Assembly: GCA_951406725.2 (NCBI GenBank)
Contig: OX597819.1
Span: forward strand, 80,166,001-80,230,000
Direction: 5' to 3'
Length of the DNA: 64,000 bases
Origin: Octopus vulgaris
Taxonomy: Eukaryota
In this document: piece by piece, positions 14,120-28,098 of the stretch
Position numbering within the stretch: the first letter of the stretch is position 1
How the letters are laid out: every line of letters begins with the position of its first letter
Notes under the pieces: generated by a model
Seen by the model: the letters and a program-made list of their open reading frames with translations, nothing else
Told to the model about the DNA's origin: nothing
The model's database searches: none
Position numbers and translations under genes: made by a program

Positions 14120-14333
14120 GGTGATTAGGTAGCGAGATGATAAAGTCCTTAGCACTCCTGAGAAGATACGAAGAGATATTTCTTACAAGACATTCTGAGT
14201 TGAAATTCTGCGAAGGTCGATTTGACCTTTTATCTTAAGGGGGTCAATAAAATGTATACAAGTTAAACTCCTCGATCGATGTAATCGACTAGCTCCTTCC
14301 CCAAATCACCAGGATTATTATTATTATTATCAA

Positions 14334-14382
<49 letters not shown>

Positions 14383-14385
<3 letters not shown>

Positions 14386-15856
14386 TAGTTTTATTTTTAT
14401 AGCGTGCTTTCACTTCACTACCGAGCGCAGCTCTGTGTGCCTTGTGTATGTGCTGTGATTTGTTGTGATGCTCTGATGGTTATTGTATGGAAAGTGTTCT
14501 GCGTAGGATGTGTGCAGTGCCTAGTAGTGCAATTTTCTGTATGTTATATGTGTTTGTAAATCCTGGTGTTTTTGTTATGTATTTGTCTGAATATTTTTTT
14601 ATCATGCCTAATGCACCTACTATGATAGGAATTGTTTCTGTTTTCAGGTTCCACATTCTAGTTACCTCTATTTCCAGGTCTTTGTATTTTGAGAGTTTCT
14701 CCATTTCTTTTAGAGACACGTTGTCATCTGCCGGTATTGATACATCAATTAGAAAGCATTTTTTTCTTCATGATCTCTGACAACTATATCTGGTCTGTTG
14801 GCCTTAATTTCCCTATCTGTGTGTATCGGCATATCCCAGAGTATGGTTGCGTTCTCGTTTTCTGTGACCTTTTCTGGTGTGTGCCTATACCATCTTTTTT
14901 CTGTTGTTATTCCATAATGTTGGCATAGCTTCCAATGTATGTAGGTTCCAACTCTGTCATGTCTGTGAATATATTCCTTCTTAGCCAGGACTGGGCAGCT
15001 AGAGATAATATGATTTATTGTTTCTTGTCCATCTCCACATATTCTGCAGTTACTTGTAATATTTCTTTTCATTACATGTTTTTGGTAATTTCTGGTGGGG
15101 AGGCTTTGGTCTTGTGCTGCAATTAAAAATCCCTCTGTTTCTGCTTTGAGTCCTGAGCTTCTCAACCATTGCTGGGATTTTTCTTTGTCTATTTCTTTTG
15201 CGTTTAGTTTAGTGCAGTATTTACCATGAAGGGGCTTTTCTTGCCATCGTTTTATCATGGCTCGTTGCTGTTCTATTTTTAGTTTGGATTTCATTTGTTT
15301 TATAGCTTTTGTTGTTTCTTCATCATCTTCTTCTTCTTCTTTGTGTTTATTAGGTGGTATGATTTCTTGTTTGTATTTGTCAGCTTCCTTAAATACTGAG
15401 AACAGTTTTTTGTTTTGCTCGTGTTTTGCTGCTATCTGGATCAGTTTTCCTTCCTTCTGAAGTAGGTATTTTTGCAGTCCTATGGTGGTTATTTTATAGT
15501 AGTTTTCCAGCTGTATAAGGCCTCTACCACCTTCTATACGTTGTATATATAGTCTTTCTATGTCAGATTTTGGGTGATGCATCCTAGATCCTGTCAGTAT
15601 TTTTCTTGTTTTCCTATCTATTTTGGACAGTTCATTTCGTGTTCAGTTAAGGATATTGTAGCTGTAACTTATAACTGGGACAGCTAAAGTGTTGATACCT
15701 ATTATCTTGTTTTTAGCATTGAGCTCTGTTTTTAGTATTGATCTAACTCGTCTATAATATTCTTTTTTTATTTTCTCTTTCATTTGTGTGTGTTGTGTCT
15801 TATCTAGTTCATGGATTCCTAAGTATTTGTAAGTTTGGCTTTGGTCTAATTCTTTT
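14383..15856 (-). mobile_element. R4/Dong-like non-LTR retrotransposon, 5'-truncated (RT end, CCHC finger, restriction-like endonuclease, 3' UTR)
   Basis: YKYLGI; GGRGL; AAQDQSL; CRICGDGQETINHIISSC; RHD; RPDIVV..LIDVSIP..EK..KY; LLGTAHILRR*. One premature stop (~15643) and a 1-nt frameshift (~14760); (TAA)n on both sides. Confidence 0.95.
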
Positions 15857-15873
15857 ATTATTATTATTATTTA

Positions 15874-15933
<60 letters not shown>

Positions 15934-15972
15934 CATTATTATTATTATCATCATCATTATCATCATCATTAT

Positions 15973-16193
15973 TTTTCCTTCTTTCTTCAAATTTTCTTCC
16001 GTTTCTCGCCGGATGTTTTCCATACACCTAGGACAAATAAGCTCATTGTACGCATTCCCAGATTACACACGCAAATTCACAGGTAAAATATGTATTTAAA
16101 AAATTAATGAATAAATAAATTCATGAATGGATGTTGTTTTCACAGCGATAATGCTCTTCTCAGTACATGAGCCGTTCCAGTTAACACAATTTT
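15973..16193 (-). mobile_element. 3' end of a second Dong-like family
   Basis: KIVLTGTAHVLRRALSL* followed by a distinct 3' UTR; embedded in (TAA)n. Confidence 0.8.
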
Positions 16194-16200
16194 ATTATTA

Positions 16201-16483
<283 letters not shown>

Positions 16484-16494
16484 TTATTATTATT

Positions 16495-16756
16495 CAGTAG
16501 TCTTATTTCTAATACCTACTTTCACTGCACTACTGAGCGCAGCTCTATGCGCCTTGGGTTCAGACTGTGGTTGGTTGTAGTGCTCTTATTTTCACTGTAT
16601 TGAAAGTGTTTTACATAGGATGTGTGCGGTGTCTAGTAGTGTTATTTTCTGTATGCTGTATATACTTGTAAGTCCTAGTGTTTTTGTTATGCATTTGTCT
16701 GAATGTTTTTGTTATCATACCTAATACGCCCATTATAATAGGAGTTGTTTCTGTTC
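16495..16756 (-). mobile_element. Diverged Dong-like 3' fragment
   Basis: TETTPIIMGVLGMI..SDKCITKT..IQK..TAHILCKTLSIQ* with frameshifts; UTR homologous to that at 14383. Confidence 0.85.
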
Positions 16757-16768
16757 ATTGTTATTATT

Positions 16769-17332
16769 CAATGAGAGAGCAGTGCATGACACCAAAGTGA
16801 CACTGGGATAAAAATATACGAAGCCCAATATACCCATCATGACTACCTGTCTGATAAGGGTACACCAGGTACATGCATCACAACCAAAAGTGGGTGAGCG
16901 TCATGGTTACCTCACATCAAGATTAACTGCGCATGACCTCGCAGGTGGGGGCCAAGTTAGAATTTTCTTCAGGTCGAATAGCCCATCCCACTCAAAAGGT
17001 CCCTGAATAAATATTGTTTAATGATGTTGAATGAAACATCCATGTTTCCAAAGATGAATTATTCAAGCCCCAAAGAATTCCTCTCAACACATGGCTATGA
17101 TGCTCCCCCACTACTTCTGCTCGTGATCAGAGATGCACATATCGTGAGCCACTAAGGGACATGCTCAACTGGTTATGGTCGAACAACTGACAAGCAAATC
17201 TGTTGTATTGAGCAGAATATTTGCTGTAGCCCATCTTTTATATCAAGACAAAACAATGTGCATGATAACACTTCCAATCCGTTAAGATGAGATTGGCCAT
17301 GGAAGCCACTGGAAGGTACTGCATCAGGGAAT
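16769..17332. mobile_element. Unclassified ~560-bp insert within (TAA)n
   Basis: Complex, more GC-balanced block sharply bounded by ATT repeats; no convincing coding motif. Confidence 0.5.
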
Positions 17333-17351
17333 TTATTATTATTATTATTAA

Positions 17352-17403
<52 letters not shown>

Positions 17404-17421
17404 GTTAATATTATTATTATT

Positions 17422-17919
17422 AATGCAGCTAGCAGACAGAATCGTTCGCACGCCGGACAAAATGCTTAGCTGTATTTCGTCCGTCTTTACGATCCATGTT
17501 CAACTTCGACTTAAATCGATATTTCTTCGATATTTCTTCGTCTTTATATCCTGAGTTCAAATTTCAACGAGGCTGACTTTGCCTTTCGGGGTCGATAAAT
17601 TAGATAGCAGCGAAAGACTGAGGACGATGTAATCCACTTACCTCCTTCCATCAAATTTGAGGCCTTGTGCCTCCAGGACAAACAATTACTATTATTATCA
17701 TTATAAAGGCTGCAAGCTGGCAGAATCGTTCGCACGCTAGACAAAATGCTTTGTGGTATTTTCACCCGTTGCTACGTTCTGAGTTAAAATTCCGCCGAGG
17801 TCGTTTTTGCATCTCATCCTCTCAGGGTCGATGATTTAAATACCAGTTGAACATTGGAATCTATGTAGTTGACTAGTCTCCTCCCACCAAATTTCAGGCT
17901 TTGTGCCTATAAAGAAAGG

Positions 17920-17920
<1 letters not shown>
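17422..17920 (+). mobile_element. Cluster of SINE family B copies (two or three)
   Basis: gctggcagaatcgttcgcacg heads at ~17428 and ~17716; gagttcaaattt..gaggctgactttgcc core. Confidence 0.8.
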
Positions 17921-17957
<37 letters not shown>

Positions 17958-18129
17958 TTTTTTTTTTCTTCTTTCAAATTTGCTTCCATTTCTTGCCGAG
18001 TGTCTTCCCGACTCCTAGGGCAAAGAAACTCATAGTATACATTGGTAGGCCATTAAACCAAACTCAATAGTTCGTTCATTTTTATCTTTTTCTTTTTTTT
18101 TTTTTTTAAGTTAAATTAAAATACATGAG

Positions 18130-18131
<2 letters not shown>
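17958..18131 (-). mobile_element. 3' UTR stub related to the second Dong-like family
   Basis: ttcaaattt.cttcc.tttct.gccg..cctagg.caaa..ctcat.gta shared with 15983-16056; flanked by (TAA)n. Confidence 0.65.
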
Positions 18132-18186
<55 letters not shown>

Positions 18187-19288
18187 CATTATTATTATTA
18201 TTATTATTATCGTTATCGTCATGACATATTGTAAAGATATGTATCTTAAAAATTGTTGTCATATGTAATTTCTTTTTACGCTTAACACTAATATATAAGA
18301 AAAGTTATGAGGTCGATTCGTTCGAGTGAAATTTCTTCAAGGCGTTGTCCCAGCATGGCCGCAGTCTAATAACTAAAACAAGCAAAAGAAGATGAAAGAA
18401 GTAACACTCATTGCTTCTTTTACCAACATTTCACTGATGAGGCTTTGTGTCTTATTTTCTTTGTTAGTATCTATGTTATAACCCAATTCCTTCCATTCAG
18501 GAAGAATTGAAGTAATTCAAAAACAGCACAATACTTAGACACAAAGCTAAACAGACATCAAACAAAACCTCCTTCGCACACATATGCGCGTGTAGGTGTG
18601 TTGCACATACATACAAGTATATATATATATATATATATATATACATAAATACATACATACATACACACACACACATATATATATATGCACACACACACAC
18701 ATATATATATGTATGTATATATATATATATATATGAGCAGAGAGAGGGAGAGGGGAGGAGAAAGAGGAATGAGAGAGTAACAGAGGCAATGATAGGATAT
18801 AAGCTAAATTGTGGGAATTTATATAAATGTTAGAATATTCAACTTTATACCACCTACCACCAAACCAACACCACTACCAATACTACAATCACCAAGAAAG
18901 CCAGCATAAACACCACACTCATCATTACTACTACCTCGACCAGTAGGAGCAAGAATAGCAACAACAACGACAACAGACACAAAGTCATAAGAGACTAACC
19001 CCACCCAACCACCCACCCACCCCAGGGGGTTTGTCGTACCCTTGAATCACACGATTTGGCCAACTCGATTAGCACCATGGTGTCCCAAAGTATTGAACTG
19101 AATCATCTATTGATATATTTGGCGCCAGTTCGAATCAGATGTCTGGACGGATCATGCTGTGTTGGGAAACAATGGAAAGGTTAATACTAACCGTTCTATT
19201 GATACAATTATAAACAAATAACAGAATAACAAACAGAGTAACGATCGTCAAGTAACCACACTCAGCAATCGATAGCGTAAATTATGCA

Positions 19289-19337
<49 letters not shown>

Positions 19338-19376
19338 GTAGGTATATGAGTCTGTGTGTGTGAGAGTGTGTGCATG

Positions 19377-19414
<38 letters not shown>

Positions 19415-19461
19415 GTGCCTTTATATATATGTATATATATATATATGTATACATGTATGTG

Positions 19462-19515
<54 letters not shown>

Positions 19516-19641
19516 TATGCGGTAAGAAGTTTGTTTCTCAACCACATGGTTCCGGGTTCAGTCTTACTGCGTGGCATTTTGGGCAAGTGTGTTACACGAT
19601 AGCCTTGGTTCAACTGAAATAAGCCCGACAGATATAAATAA

Positions 19642-19692
<51 letters not shown>

Positions 19693-19717
19693 CATGTATA
19701 TATATATTTATGTATAT

Positions 19718-19753
<36 letters not shown>

Positions 19754-19791
19754 GGAATAATTAGTGTGAAGCATTGTGTAGAATATATTTA

Positions 19792-19978
19792 TAAGGCCAC
19801 AACAATGCGAAGTAAATGCAAGTTAAATCAAAAATGTGAATTAATGTAGACTTAACTTGTATTCAATTTCTTGGGGATGGGGTCATAACCCCGAAATATT
19901 GAATACAAGTCTACATTAATTCACATGTTTATTTTCTTGTGATTTACCTTACATTTACTTCGCATTGTTTTGGCCTTA
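19792..19978. repeat. ~190-bp imperfect palindrome with a degenerate HHR-like centre
   Basis: taaggccacaacaatgcgaagtaaatg..tgtgaattaatgtagact pairs with agtctacattaattcaca..catttacttcgcattgttttggcctta. Confidence 0.85.
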
Positions 19979-20011
19979 CCCACGACCTTTTATGCAATAT
20001 ATATCTATCTA

Positions 20012-20074
<63 letters not shown>

Positions 20075-20239
20075 GTGTGGTAAGAAGTTTACTTTTCAAC
20101 CACATATTTCCGTGTTTCGCCCTACAGCGTGAAATTTTGGGCGAGCGTCTTCTCCTATAACCTCGAGCTGACCAAAGCTTTGTGAGTGGATTTGGTTGAA
20201 GAAAACTGAAAGAATCCCGTCCATGCTCGACCGCTGAAC

Positions 20240-20412
20240 TCTACAGGTTTCTTCATTCTCTCTGTGTGTAATTCCCCTTATTCCTTGCTTTTGAAGAGCG
20301 TAAGATCGAAACGTAAAAGACTTTTTCATTCTTCCTGAACGTCAAACTAATCCGGTTCCTTGTTGTTCATACACCTGTCTTCGTATTTTGTTTTTCTATA
20401 AATTCAAACTAT
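20240..20412 (+). repeat. Interspersed repeat with a minimal HHR-like motif; second copy at 44236-44380 on the minus strand
   Basis: tcgaaacgtaaaagactttttc..ttcctga.cg..actaat..cttcgt.ttttgttt shared between the two loci. Confidence 0.7.
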
Positions 20413-20859
20413 ATATATCTATGTATGTATATGTGTATCTCTGTGTGTAGGTATATATGTGTATATTTATATAAATATATGTATATGCATACATGTTTGT
20501 CATTTCCCGCCTAATCCTTGGTACTACAACTGGGCTCGATTTTTTTTTACTAAGCCCTTCATAGTGGTACTCCAGCATGTTCGCAGTCTAATGACTGAAA
20601 CAAGTAAAAAGCAAAAGATTTATACACTATGTGAGGAATGAAGTATTCCATTATTTACAATTGTTTCAACAACATGCAGGGGCAAATCAAACATCATGAA
20701 TATAGAAATGGACAGATATTATGGTATAGTCACGCTCATTATGTAATGCGTAATACATATTAGCTACGACAGTCATTTAATCGTAACCAAAGAAATGAAT
20801 ATAATACAAAATCAATGTTGTTATTTCACTTAAATAGAGAAGTCTGGCACTTGATTCAA

Positions 20860-21790
20860 GTAAACTTAGACAGCTACTTACCTGAAGGAACTCCTTTCGC
20901 TAGTATTGACATCGAGGATCAACAACTTACCGTGCTATTCCAGCAAGACTGAAAGCATTTCGAGCGTCACGCCTTCCCCAAACAACAATGCTACTCAGCA
21001 TCCCATTCTAAGTCTGCTCAAATGTGCGTAGATATCAAAGTGATAAAAAATTAGCTCATTGGTACGTGTTAAAAAAACCTGCTCTTGCGGATGGCTATTT
21101 TATCCATAGCTGGTGACGTGTAGTCATAGAGCATCGGCTTTACTTTCAAGATGACCCGGGTTACAATCATTTATGCAAACTGCACTTAAATCTCACAGGT
21201 TACTAGGAAAGAAAGGAATAAGAAAATGAGTCACCTACCTCAATGGCTTTTGTGTTGGCGATCAGTGTGGGGGATCCTTCGGGAAAACTTACTAGTTTCA
21301 GACCCTCCGAGCCCTCAGTTTTCATTTTTTTTTTATTGAAAGCCTTCCACTCAATCTCTAAGTTACAACTTTGTGCTATATAAGATAGCATTTTTAATAT
21401 GACTAAAAATTTCATGTAGTCCACGTATAAGCAATATACAATCAGCCCTTTATTACCAGTTAATAACTACCTAAATTGTTTCTACTTTGGTCTTACTCTG
21501 GTTACTATATTTTCAGACCACAGCATCCCCTAAAAATTATATCACTTTTGCAGTAAAAGATTTTAAATACTTCTTGGGATCTTTCGATTATTGAAAGACT
21601 CTATTTCCTTGGACCTCTTACTGCCAACTATCTCTGCTTGTATGTTGTACTCAGAGTTGTTGCCCTTTTCCAGCTTGCTCTTGATCCCACTGCACGTTTT
21701 GCGAGTATGAAACATTTTGGCGCCGACAATTTAGCGGTACTGATTTGACGATGATTTATTTGACAATCATTTTAATCTTTTTCTTGTTAG
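20860..21790 (-). mobile_element. Very degenerate CR1/L2-group LINE ORF2 remnant, tentative
   Basis: Scattered motifs in expected order: KDPKKY; WKAFNKKKMKTEGSEG (cf. KALKKMK..KSPGPDG); IRKSR; KGVPSG (cf. SGVPQG). Confidence 0.35.
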
Positions 21791-22721
21791 CTCCGTTCCT
21801 CCTCCTTTTCTCTCTGTTTATATGTGTGAACATATTTCACTTTGTGCGTATGAGGAGAAGGAAGGTATCCATGTCACTTGTGTTCAATTACTAAATTGAA
21901 ATCCCTACTCTTTCTCTACATTCATATTTCTACGCTCATGTTCTTGCGTGTTTGTTTGTGCTTGCCTCCAGTGCCAAAGCATACTATCGCCCAAACAGGT
22001 TCAATGTTCACCCAGCCATGTCAAATTGTCAGCGTACTAACTGCTACGCCCAACAGTCTCATTCCATGTGCATCCATGGTTTACACTGAGTATACTACTC
22101 AGAATTCCTCCCTATTCTTATCAATATACATACCATATCCATTTCCAAGACAAGAGAACATTTCTTCTTTCCTTCTGAAATTTTGTAGTTGCTAGGTTTG
22201 TTTTGAGGTATCACGGTTGGAATTTTGTCTCCAAATCAATGGCAGATTCAGTTATGAAATCGAGACCATAAGTATATTGAAGTTTCTATGAACAACCGGT
22301 CTTAAACTCCTCTGTCATGTCTTGGAGAACTATGATGGTGCACAGAAATAGGGTAAGAAACAGGCCCTGGAAGACACAAATCCGCCTGTTGTCTCTCAAC
22401 CAAAATCCATTCACGAGTCATTGGGAAATTTAGTTTAAGTTTACTAATATATTGTGATATTGGTAAACCTCTACTAAGTTAATATACTAGAGTAGATGAA
22501 AATACAAGACACTGGCCAAAGTACTGTGCAATAAGATCGAACCAAACAAATTAGTGGTGAAGCGAACTGCTTAACCACATAGCCATGCTTGATATACATA
22601 TGTGTATGAGTCTGTGTGTTTGGTGCTTGTGTATATATTGGTGCTTGTCTGGTGTCTGTCTATATATGTGTGTGTATGATAGAGATGGAAAATGGAATGA
22701 ATACACGGAGAAGTTTATTGT

Positions 22722-22825
22722 TCACAACAATCGTTTCGACACATCGTGCACCGATCCCTCGCGTGAGGGAAACTATACAACTAGTTGTAGTTCACCCCTC
22801 GGTGCAGAAGCGTCTCGTCAGATGA
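22722..22825 (-). ncRNA. Type I hammerhead-ribozyme-like motif with long stem II
   Basis: tcat-CTGACGA-gacgc.tgcaccga...tcggtgca.gtgtc-GAAA-cgattg-TT-gtga. Confidence 0.65.
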
Positions 22826-22960
22826 TATAAATGTGAAATGAAGGGTATTTCGCTCGGATTTAATACGATATGTTGTTAGTGGCCACATGTTTAAGCCGCC
22901 AAGAAACCATAAGCAGTGAACGTGTTTTATCGGCGTACTACAAGGAATACACCCAAAACT

Positions 22961-23044
<84 letters not shown>

Positions 23045-23320
23045 ACAGCTTATCTATCTATCTACCTACACACACATACACATATGTAACAACTTATCTG
23101 TAACAGTTGAAGTTGAACATGAAATGCACTAACTTTCCTGAAATGATATCCCTCTATCCTCTGTCTACGGAGTAGGAAAAATATCTGAGAATAGCCCTTC
23201 TTTAAACTAAGCAATAAATTAAAGTCAAACACCCTCGGACACTGATACACACTGGTACATACACACAGATACTGATGCTCTCTCTTTCTCATACACGTAT
23301 AAACACACACACACACACAT

Positions 23321-23380
<60 letters not shown>

Positions 23381-23689
23381 GTATTTGGCACACGTTAACA
23401 GACACGCATACATATGCTAACATATGTATGCAAACGCACACAGGCAGACACAGCTACATAAAGATGGTTTCATAGATAAACGAACACAGACACAAGCACA
23501 TAAATATACACACTGATTCACAGTTATATACACGCACACAAGCAAACCCAGACAACGCAGTTACACTTACACACGCTGATAGACGCAATACATACATAAT
23601 TATTATAGTATGATTGATGTCAATACACCAGTTAAGGCATTTGTATTATTTATATTCTCATTGTGTTGGGTGTAGTAGCTGCGGCGACA

Positions 23690-24090
23690 GTGGTGGCACT
23701 GACGGTGGTGGTGGTGGTGGTGGTGGTGGTAGTAGTGGTGGTGGTGGTGGTAGTGATGGTGTTTGTGGTGTTGGTTATGTTGGTGTCGTTGTTGTTGTTG
23801 TTGGTGGTGGTGGTGGTGTTAGTGGTGGTGGTGGTAGTGGTGGTGGTGGTGGTGGTGGTAGTGGTGGTGGTGATAGTGGTGATGGTGGTGGTAGTGATGG
23901 TGTTTGTGGTGTTGGTGATGTTGGTGTCGTTGTTGTTGTTGTTGGTGGTGGTGGTGGTGTTAGTGGTGGTGGTGGTAGTGGTGGTGGTGGTAGTGGTGGT
24001 GGTGTTAGTGGTGGTGCTGGTGCTGGTGGCGCTGATAGTGATGGTGTTTGTGGTGCTGGTGATGTTGGTGTCGTTGTTGTTGTTGTTGTT

Positions 24091-24159
<69 letters not shown>

Positions 24160-24176
24160 GGTGGTGGTGGTGGTAG
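23690..24176. repeat. (GGT)/(GTT) tract with three ~140-150 bp higher-order units
   Basis: agtgatggtgtttgtggtg.tggt.atgttggtgtcgttgttg recurs at ~23752, ~23893 and ~24037. Confidence 0.88.
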
Positions 24177-24769
24177 TTATGTGTTTTTCGGGTTAAGAAT
24201 TCACTATTACTACTTCTGGTATGCCACTGCTGCTGCTGTTGCTGCCGTTGTTGTTGTTGTTGCTGTTGCAGAGTAATTTCCCATTGGACCAGTCAGAGCA
24301 GACTTCATGGCACAATGTATTCGAACGACCGGGCGCACTTGATCATATTCAACATTGCAAATACATCGTCCTACAGCAAAGAGGGAGAGTATACTCTGAT
24401 ATGCAGAGATTATAGTACAGAAAAAAGTAGAGAAGTCGCCGTTCTATGGTTGCCTCCCTTGGTGCCAGGGTACACAACAGGGGAGATCAAAGCGTTCTAG
24501 ACACATCTCCCCTTAACCGCAGGTCATATTTTTGGTCCCAACGAATCTTTTACCTTTTATCTTTTACTTGCCTCAGTCACTGGACTGAGGCCATGCTGGG
24601 GCACAGCCTTGAAGCATTTTTGCAGAACAAATTAACCTCAATGTAGGGGCAACCTTACTGGATGTTGTAGTACTCATAACAAAAGTTCTAAAAGAAAACG
24701 TTTTGGGGGTTATATTGGTGGTGCGGTCATTGTGGTGGTGACGGTAATTGCAATGCTATAGATTATAGG

Positions 24770-25500
24770 GATCTCATAAAGCAGACCTATGGCCAAAGAT
24801 ATTCCAGTCGTGACCAACAAGTCTTCTATCTGCATGTTGGGAACCTATGGTTAAATTATCAAATGAGCGTTTGTCTAAGATAGTTGTGATATGAGGAAAA
24901 TCTAGCTGCTAATTCTAGCATATCCAGTACGAACGGGCTCTGTCCTCAACTTTTTGATACCACTTGTAATAGGAACTGGTGTTGGTGGTTGTGGTGATAG
25001 TGATGGTAGTAATGTTGGTAGAGGTGGTGGCGGTGGTAGGAGATTGTCTTTGGTAGAGAAATGGCGTAGATGTTGATTACTAAATTTGTTTGGACAAATT
25101 TGATGTTGTTATTGTTGTTGCTGTTGTTGTTGTTGTTGATGTTATTAATTGCCCCAGGTCAGCCCAAATCGAGCAGTTCTCAATAATGACCATCTGTTCT
25201 TTCTATGAACAAGGAACCCAGAACTGCAGTTTGCAAAGTGACATATATTTTAAGACAACAGGGTGTATTTATTAATATCTTGGTTGCTATTTCTAACAGA
25301 CCAAGTAAATCTTACCGGTAACGCGGTGATCGAGATGCTGGCCAGGATACTGGAAATAATGCATTGGTCTCGGTGGTGTTGGTGTACCGATGGACTTCGT
25401 AATTTTTTGTGGAGTTATAATTGTTGCTTAAACCCAGATCAGTTCTGCCTGCTTACGGAGACTTTTGATCAAATATGTTCTATGCGTGACCATCCCGTCC
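24770..25500 (+). repeat. Old dispersed repeat family D, three fragments here (others near 9130, 10870, 27990, 35640-35780, 36070)
   Basis: Recurrent consensus-like ccccaggtcagcc..atcgagcagacctatgatcaaa..ttccag..gtgaccatcc and gatttggctgctatttctagcag. Confidence 0.55.
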
Positions 25501-25686
25501 ACGCCCTGGGAAAGGCCTTTCAATCATATCCACAATATCCATTGTCCTTCCTTTTCTTAAGATAATAGATTGCAATTTGAGGATGAGTTCACTGCTATTT
25601 CAAACAACTCGAACGACCAAGTGGAAGTTCCGTTTTCGGTTCAAGAGCACTGGTTTTCAATCTTTTTTTTTTACCTATGGATACCC

Positions 25687-25941
25687 TTTTACTCTCTTTT
25701 ACTTGTTTCAGTCATTTGACTGCGGTCATGCTGGAGCACCGCCCTTAGTCGAGCAAATCGACCCCAGGGCTTATTCTTTGTAAACCTAGTACTTATTCTA
25801 TCGGTCTCTTTTGCCGAACCGCTAAGTTACGAGAACGTAAACACACCACCATCGGTTGTCAAGCGATGTTAGAGGGACAAACACAGATACACAAACATAT
25901 ACACACTCATACATACATACATACATACATACATACATACA

Positions 25942-25977
<36 letters not shown>

Positions 25978-26072
25978 GTAGAAGACACTTGCCCAAGGTG
26001 CCACGCAGTGGGAATGAATCCGGACCATGTGGGTGGTAAGCAACCTACTTACCACACAGCTACTCCTGCGCC
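25687..26072 (-). mobile_element. tRNA-derived SINE family A, well-conserved copy with internal (ATAC)n
   Basis: Head ggcgcaggagtagctgtgtggtaag (A box); ccggattcattcccactgcg (B-box region); 3' gactgaaacaagtaaaagag. Confidence 0.9.
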
Positions 26073-28051
26073 TATTATATTTTTATAATTAAGTATCATT
26101 AGGAACAGTAGAAAAGAAATTTTTAAAAATATTTTGTGTATTGTAGAAGAATAGCCAATATATCATATAAATTTTAATGACAAAAATCTTATATGGACCA
26201 AACCCCAAGGATCATGCTGACCCTGGTTAAGAGACTGTTGTTATTATTGTTTAGTTCTGTCATGAGCCATAGGACTTAGAAGGATGGGGTTAACCCTGTT
26301 TCCATGGTTTATAAATAACTAAGATCACAATCCTTTCCACTTGAACTCATTTACAGTTGAGTGGACTGGAGCAACGTGAAATGAGGTGTTTTGCTCAAGA
26401 ACACAATCCATCGCTCGACCCGGGAATCGAAACCACATTGTTACGATTGCGAGTACCACTGGGTCAGGCGCCTTCACGGTGTTGTTATTTAGTCCCAGGT
26501 AAACCCATACCAAGCAAACGTGAGACCATCGTTCACTTTTTTGCAAGCAAAATATATCAAGAACTATATTTTGTATTCATCGCTTTGTGTGTCATCTGAG
26601 GGAGGTTTGACTGTTATTTCACTACAATCATTACATGGATGTTAGCTCTGATGATAGTGGTGGTGGTGTTGATGATGGTGATGGTGATGGTGGTGGTGGT
26701 AATGGTAGTAGTGGTAATGGTGGTGGTGATGGTGGTGTTGGTAGCGTTCCTTCTTTCAGTGGCTACCACCACAATCGCCATCACCTAACCCATCGCCCAC
26801 ACAACAAACAGCGTTACCTCTAACTCTGTCACTACCATCAATTCCATCCCCATCACTACCCAACAACACCACCATCACCACCATCACTATCAACATCACC
26901 TTTGACCGCCACCACAATCTCATTCACCACTGTTATCACCACCATTACGACTACCATCACTTTACCACTACCTCAATCACATTCAACACAATAACTACCA
27001 CCACCACCACCACTACTACTACTACAAACAAAACCACTATTATCCCCACCACGTTTACCTCACCATCACAACCATAACCCCACTTCAACCGCCAACATCC
27101 TCACCATCTCTGCCATTACTACCACCATCACCATTACATCAACCTCAACCACTTCCACACATTACCCGGCATTCTGTGAGCTTAATATTTATTTTCTTTT
27201 AATACAATGAAATATTAACTCTTGTCCAACCAACTGTTCAACGTCCTCCACACAACCGCCATCTTTCTTCTTACCTCACATCCGGGCATTTCACCATGCT
27301 CCCATTATTTACATTATTTCTGTCTTCTTGACAAAAGAATGGACTCAGTTTTTAGTTGTTGCTGTCCAAGGCGTTACCAATGTAGTTATTATTGTTGTTG
27401 TTATTGTTGTAGTGGTGTTACTACAGTTGCTCTTGTTGTTGCTGTCGTTGTTCTTTTTGTAGATTTTTATCGTTATCCTGAGATATTTTGCTGTTGTTGT
27501 TGTTGTTGTTGCGGTTGCTGTTCTTGTATCTGTTGCTTGTTATTGTCTATTTTTTAATTCTTATTGTGCTTTTGGTGTGAGTAGTGATGGGGGTGATGGT
27601 GGGTTGGTGATTTTAACGGTAGCAGATTTAGTAATTCTTCTGGGAAATAACAATATAAATTTGTCAATAATATATCATAGTGTTGGCGATGAGTTGTTTA
27701 ATCGTTTATTCGATCAACTTCTCGATTTATTGATTTTTCGGTCAACTGTTTTCTATCAATTGTATTTCGGTCAACTATCAATGTACCATGTCTTCTGTGT
27801 GACTTATGAATGTTGAAGAGATATAGGTAATATATGTTTGTCTTTGAATGCGGTGTACTTATGATATGAAATGCAATGATATTTGACATAAGTTACTATC
27901 CATGGACAGAAAGGAGATGGCTGCTGCTGTTGCTGCTGCTGCTGCTACTGCTTCTGCTTTTGTTATTACTGCTTCTGTTGCTGTTGCTGTTTAACCCCAA
28001 CTTAATTCTGATCGATTAGCCTTATGATAAAAGTCAACATTTAAATTTAAT

Positions 28052-28098
28052 TTGTCAAAATATTTTCGTCGCTTTGAGACCGCAACCTGTTCACTAAC
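28052..28098 (-). ncRNA. HHR-like motif, G3:C8 core variant
   Basis: gtta-GTGAACA-g-gttgc..gcgac-GAAA-atat-TT-tgac. Confidence 0.5.

Noticed and set aside
18435-18460. CTGATGAGG string (likewise CTGATGAAG at 1517 and TTGATGAGG at 34635)
   Set aside because: No stem II closure or GAAA downstream
23614-24276. Gly/Val-rich ORF resembling a structural protein
   Set aside because: Trinucleotide tract open in multiple frames
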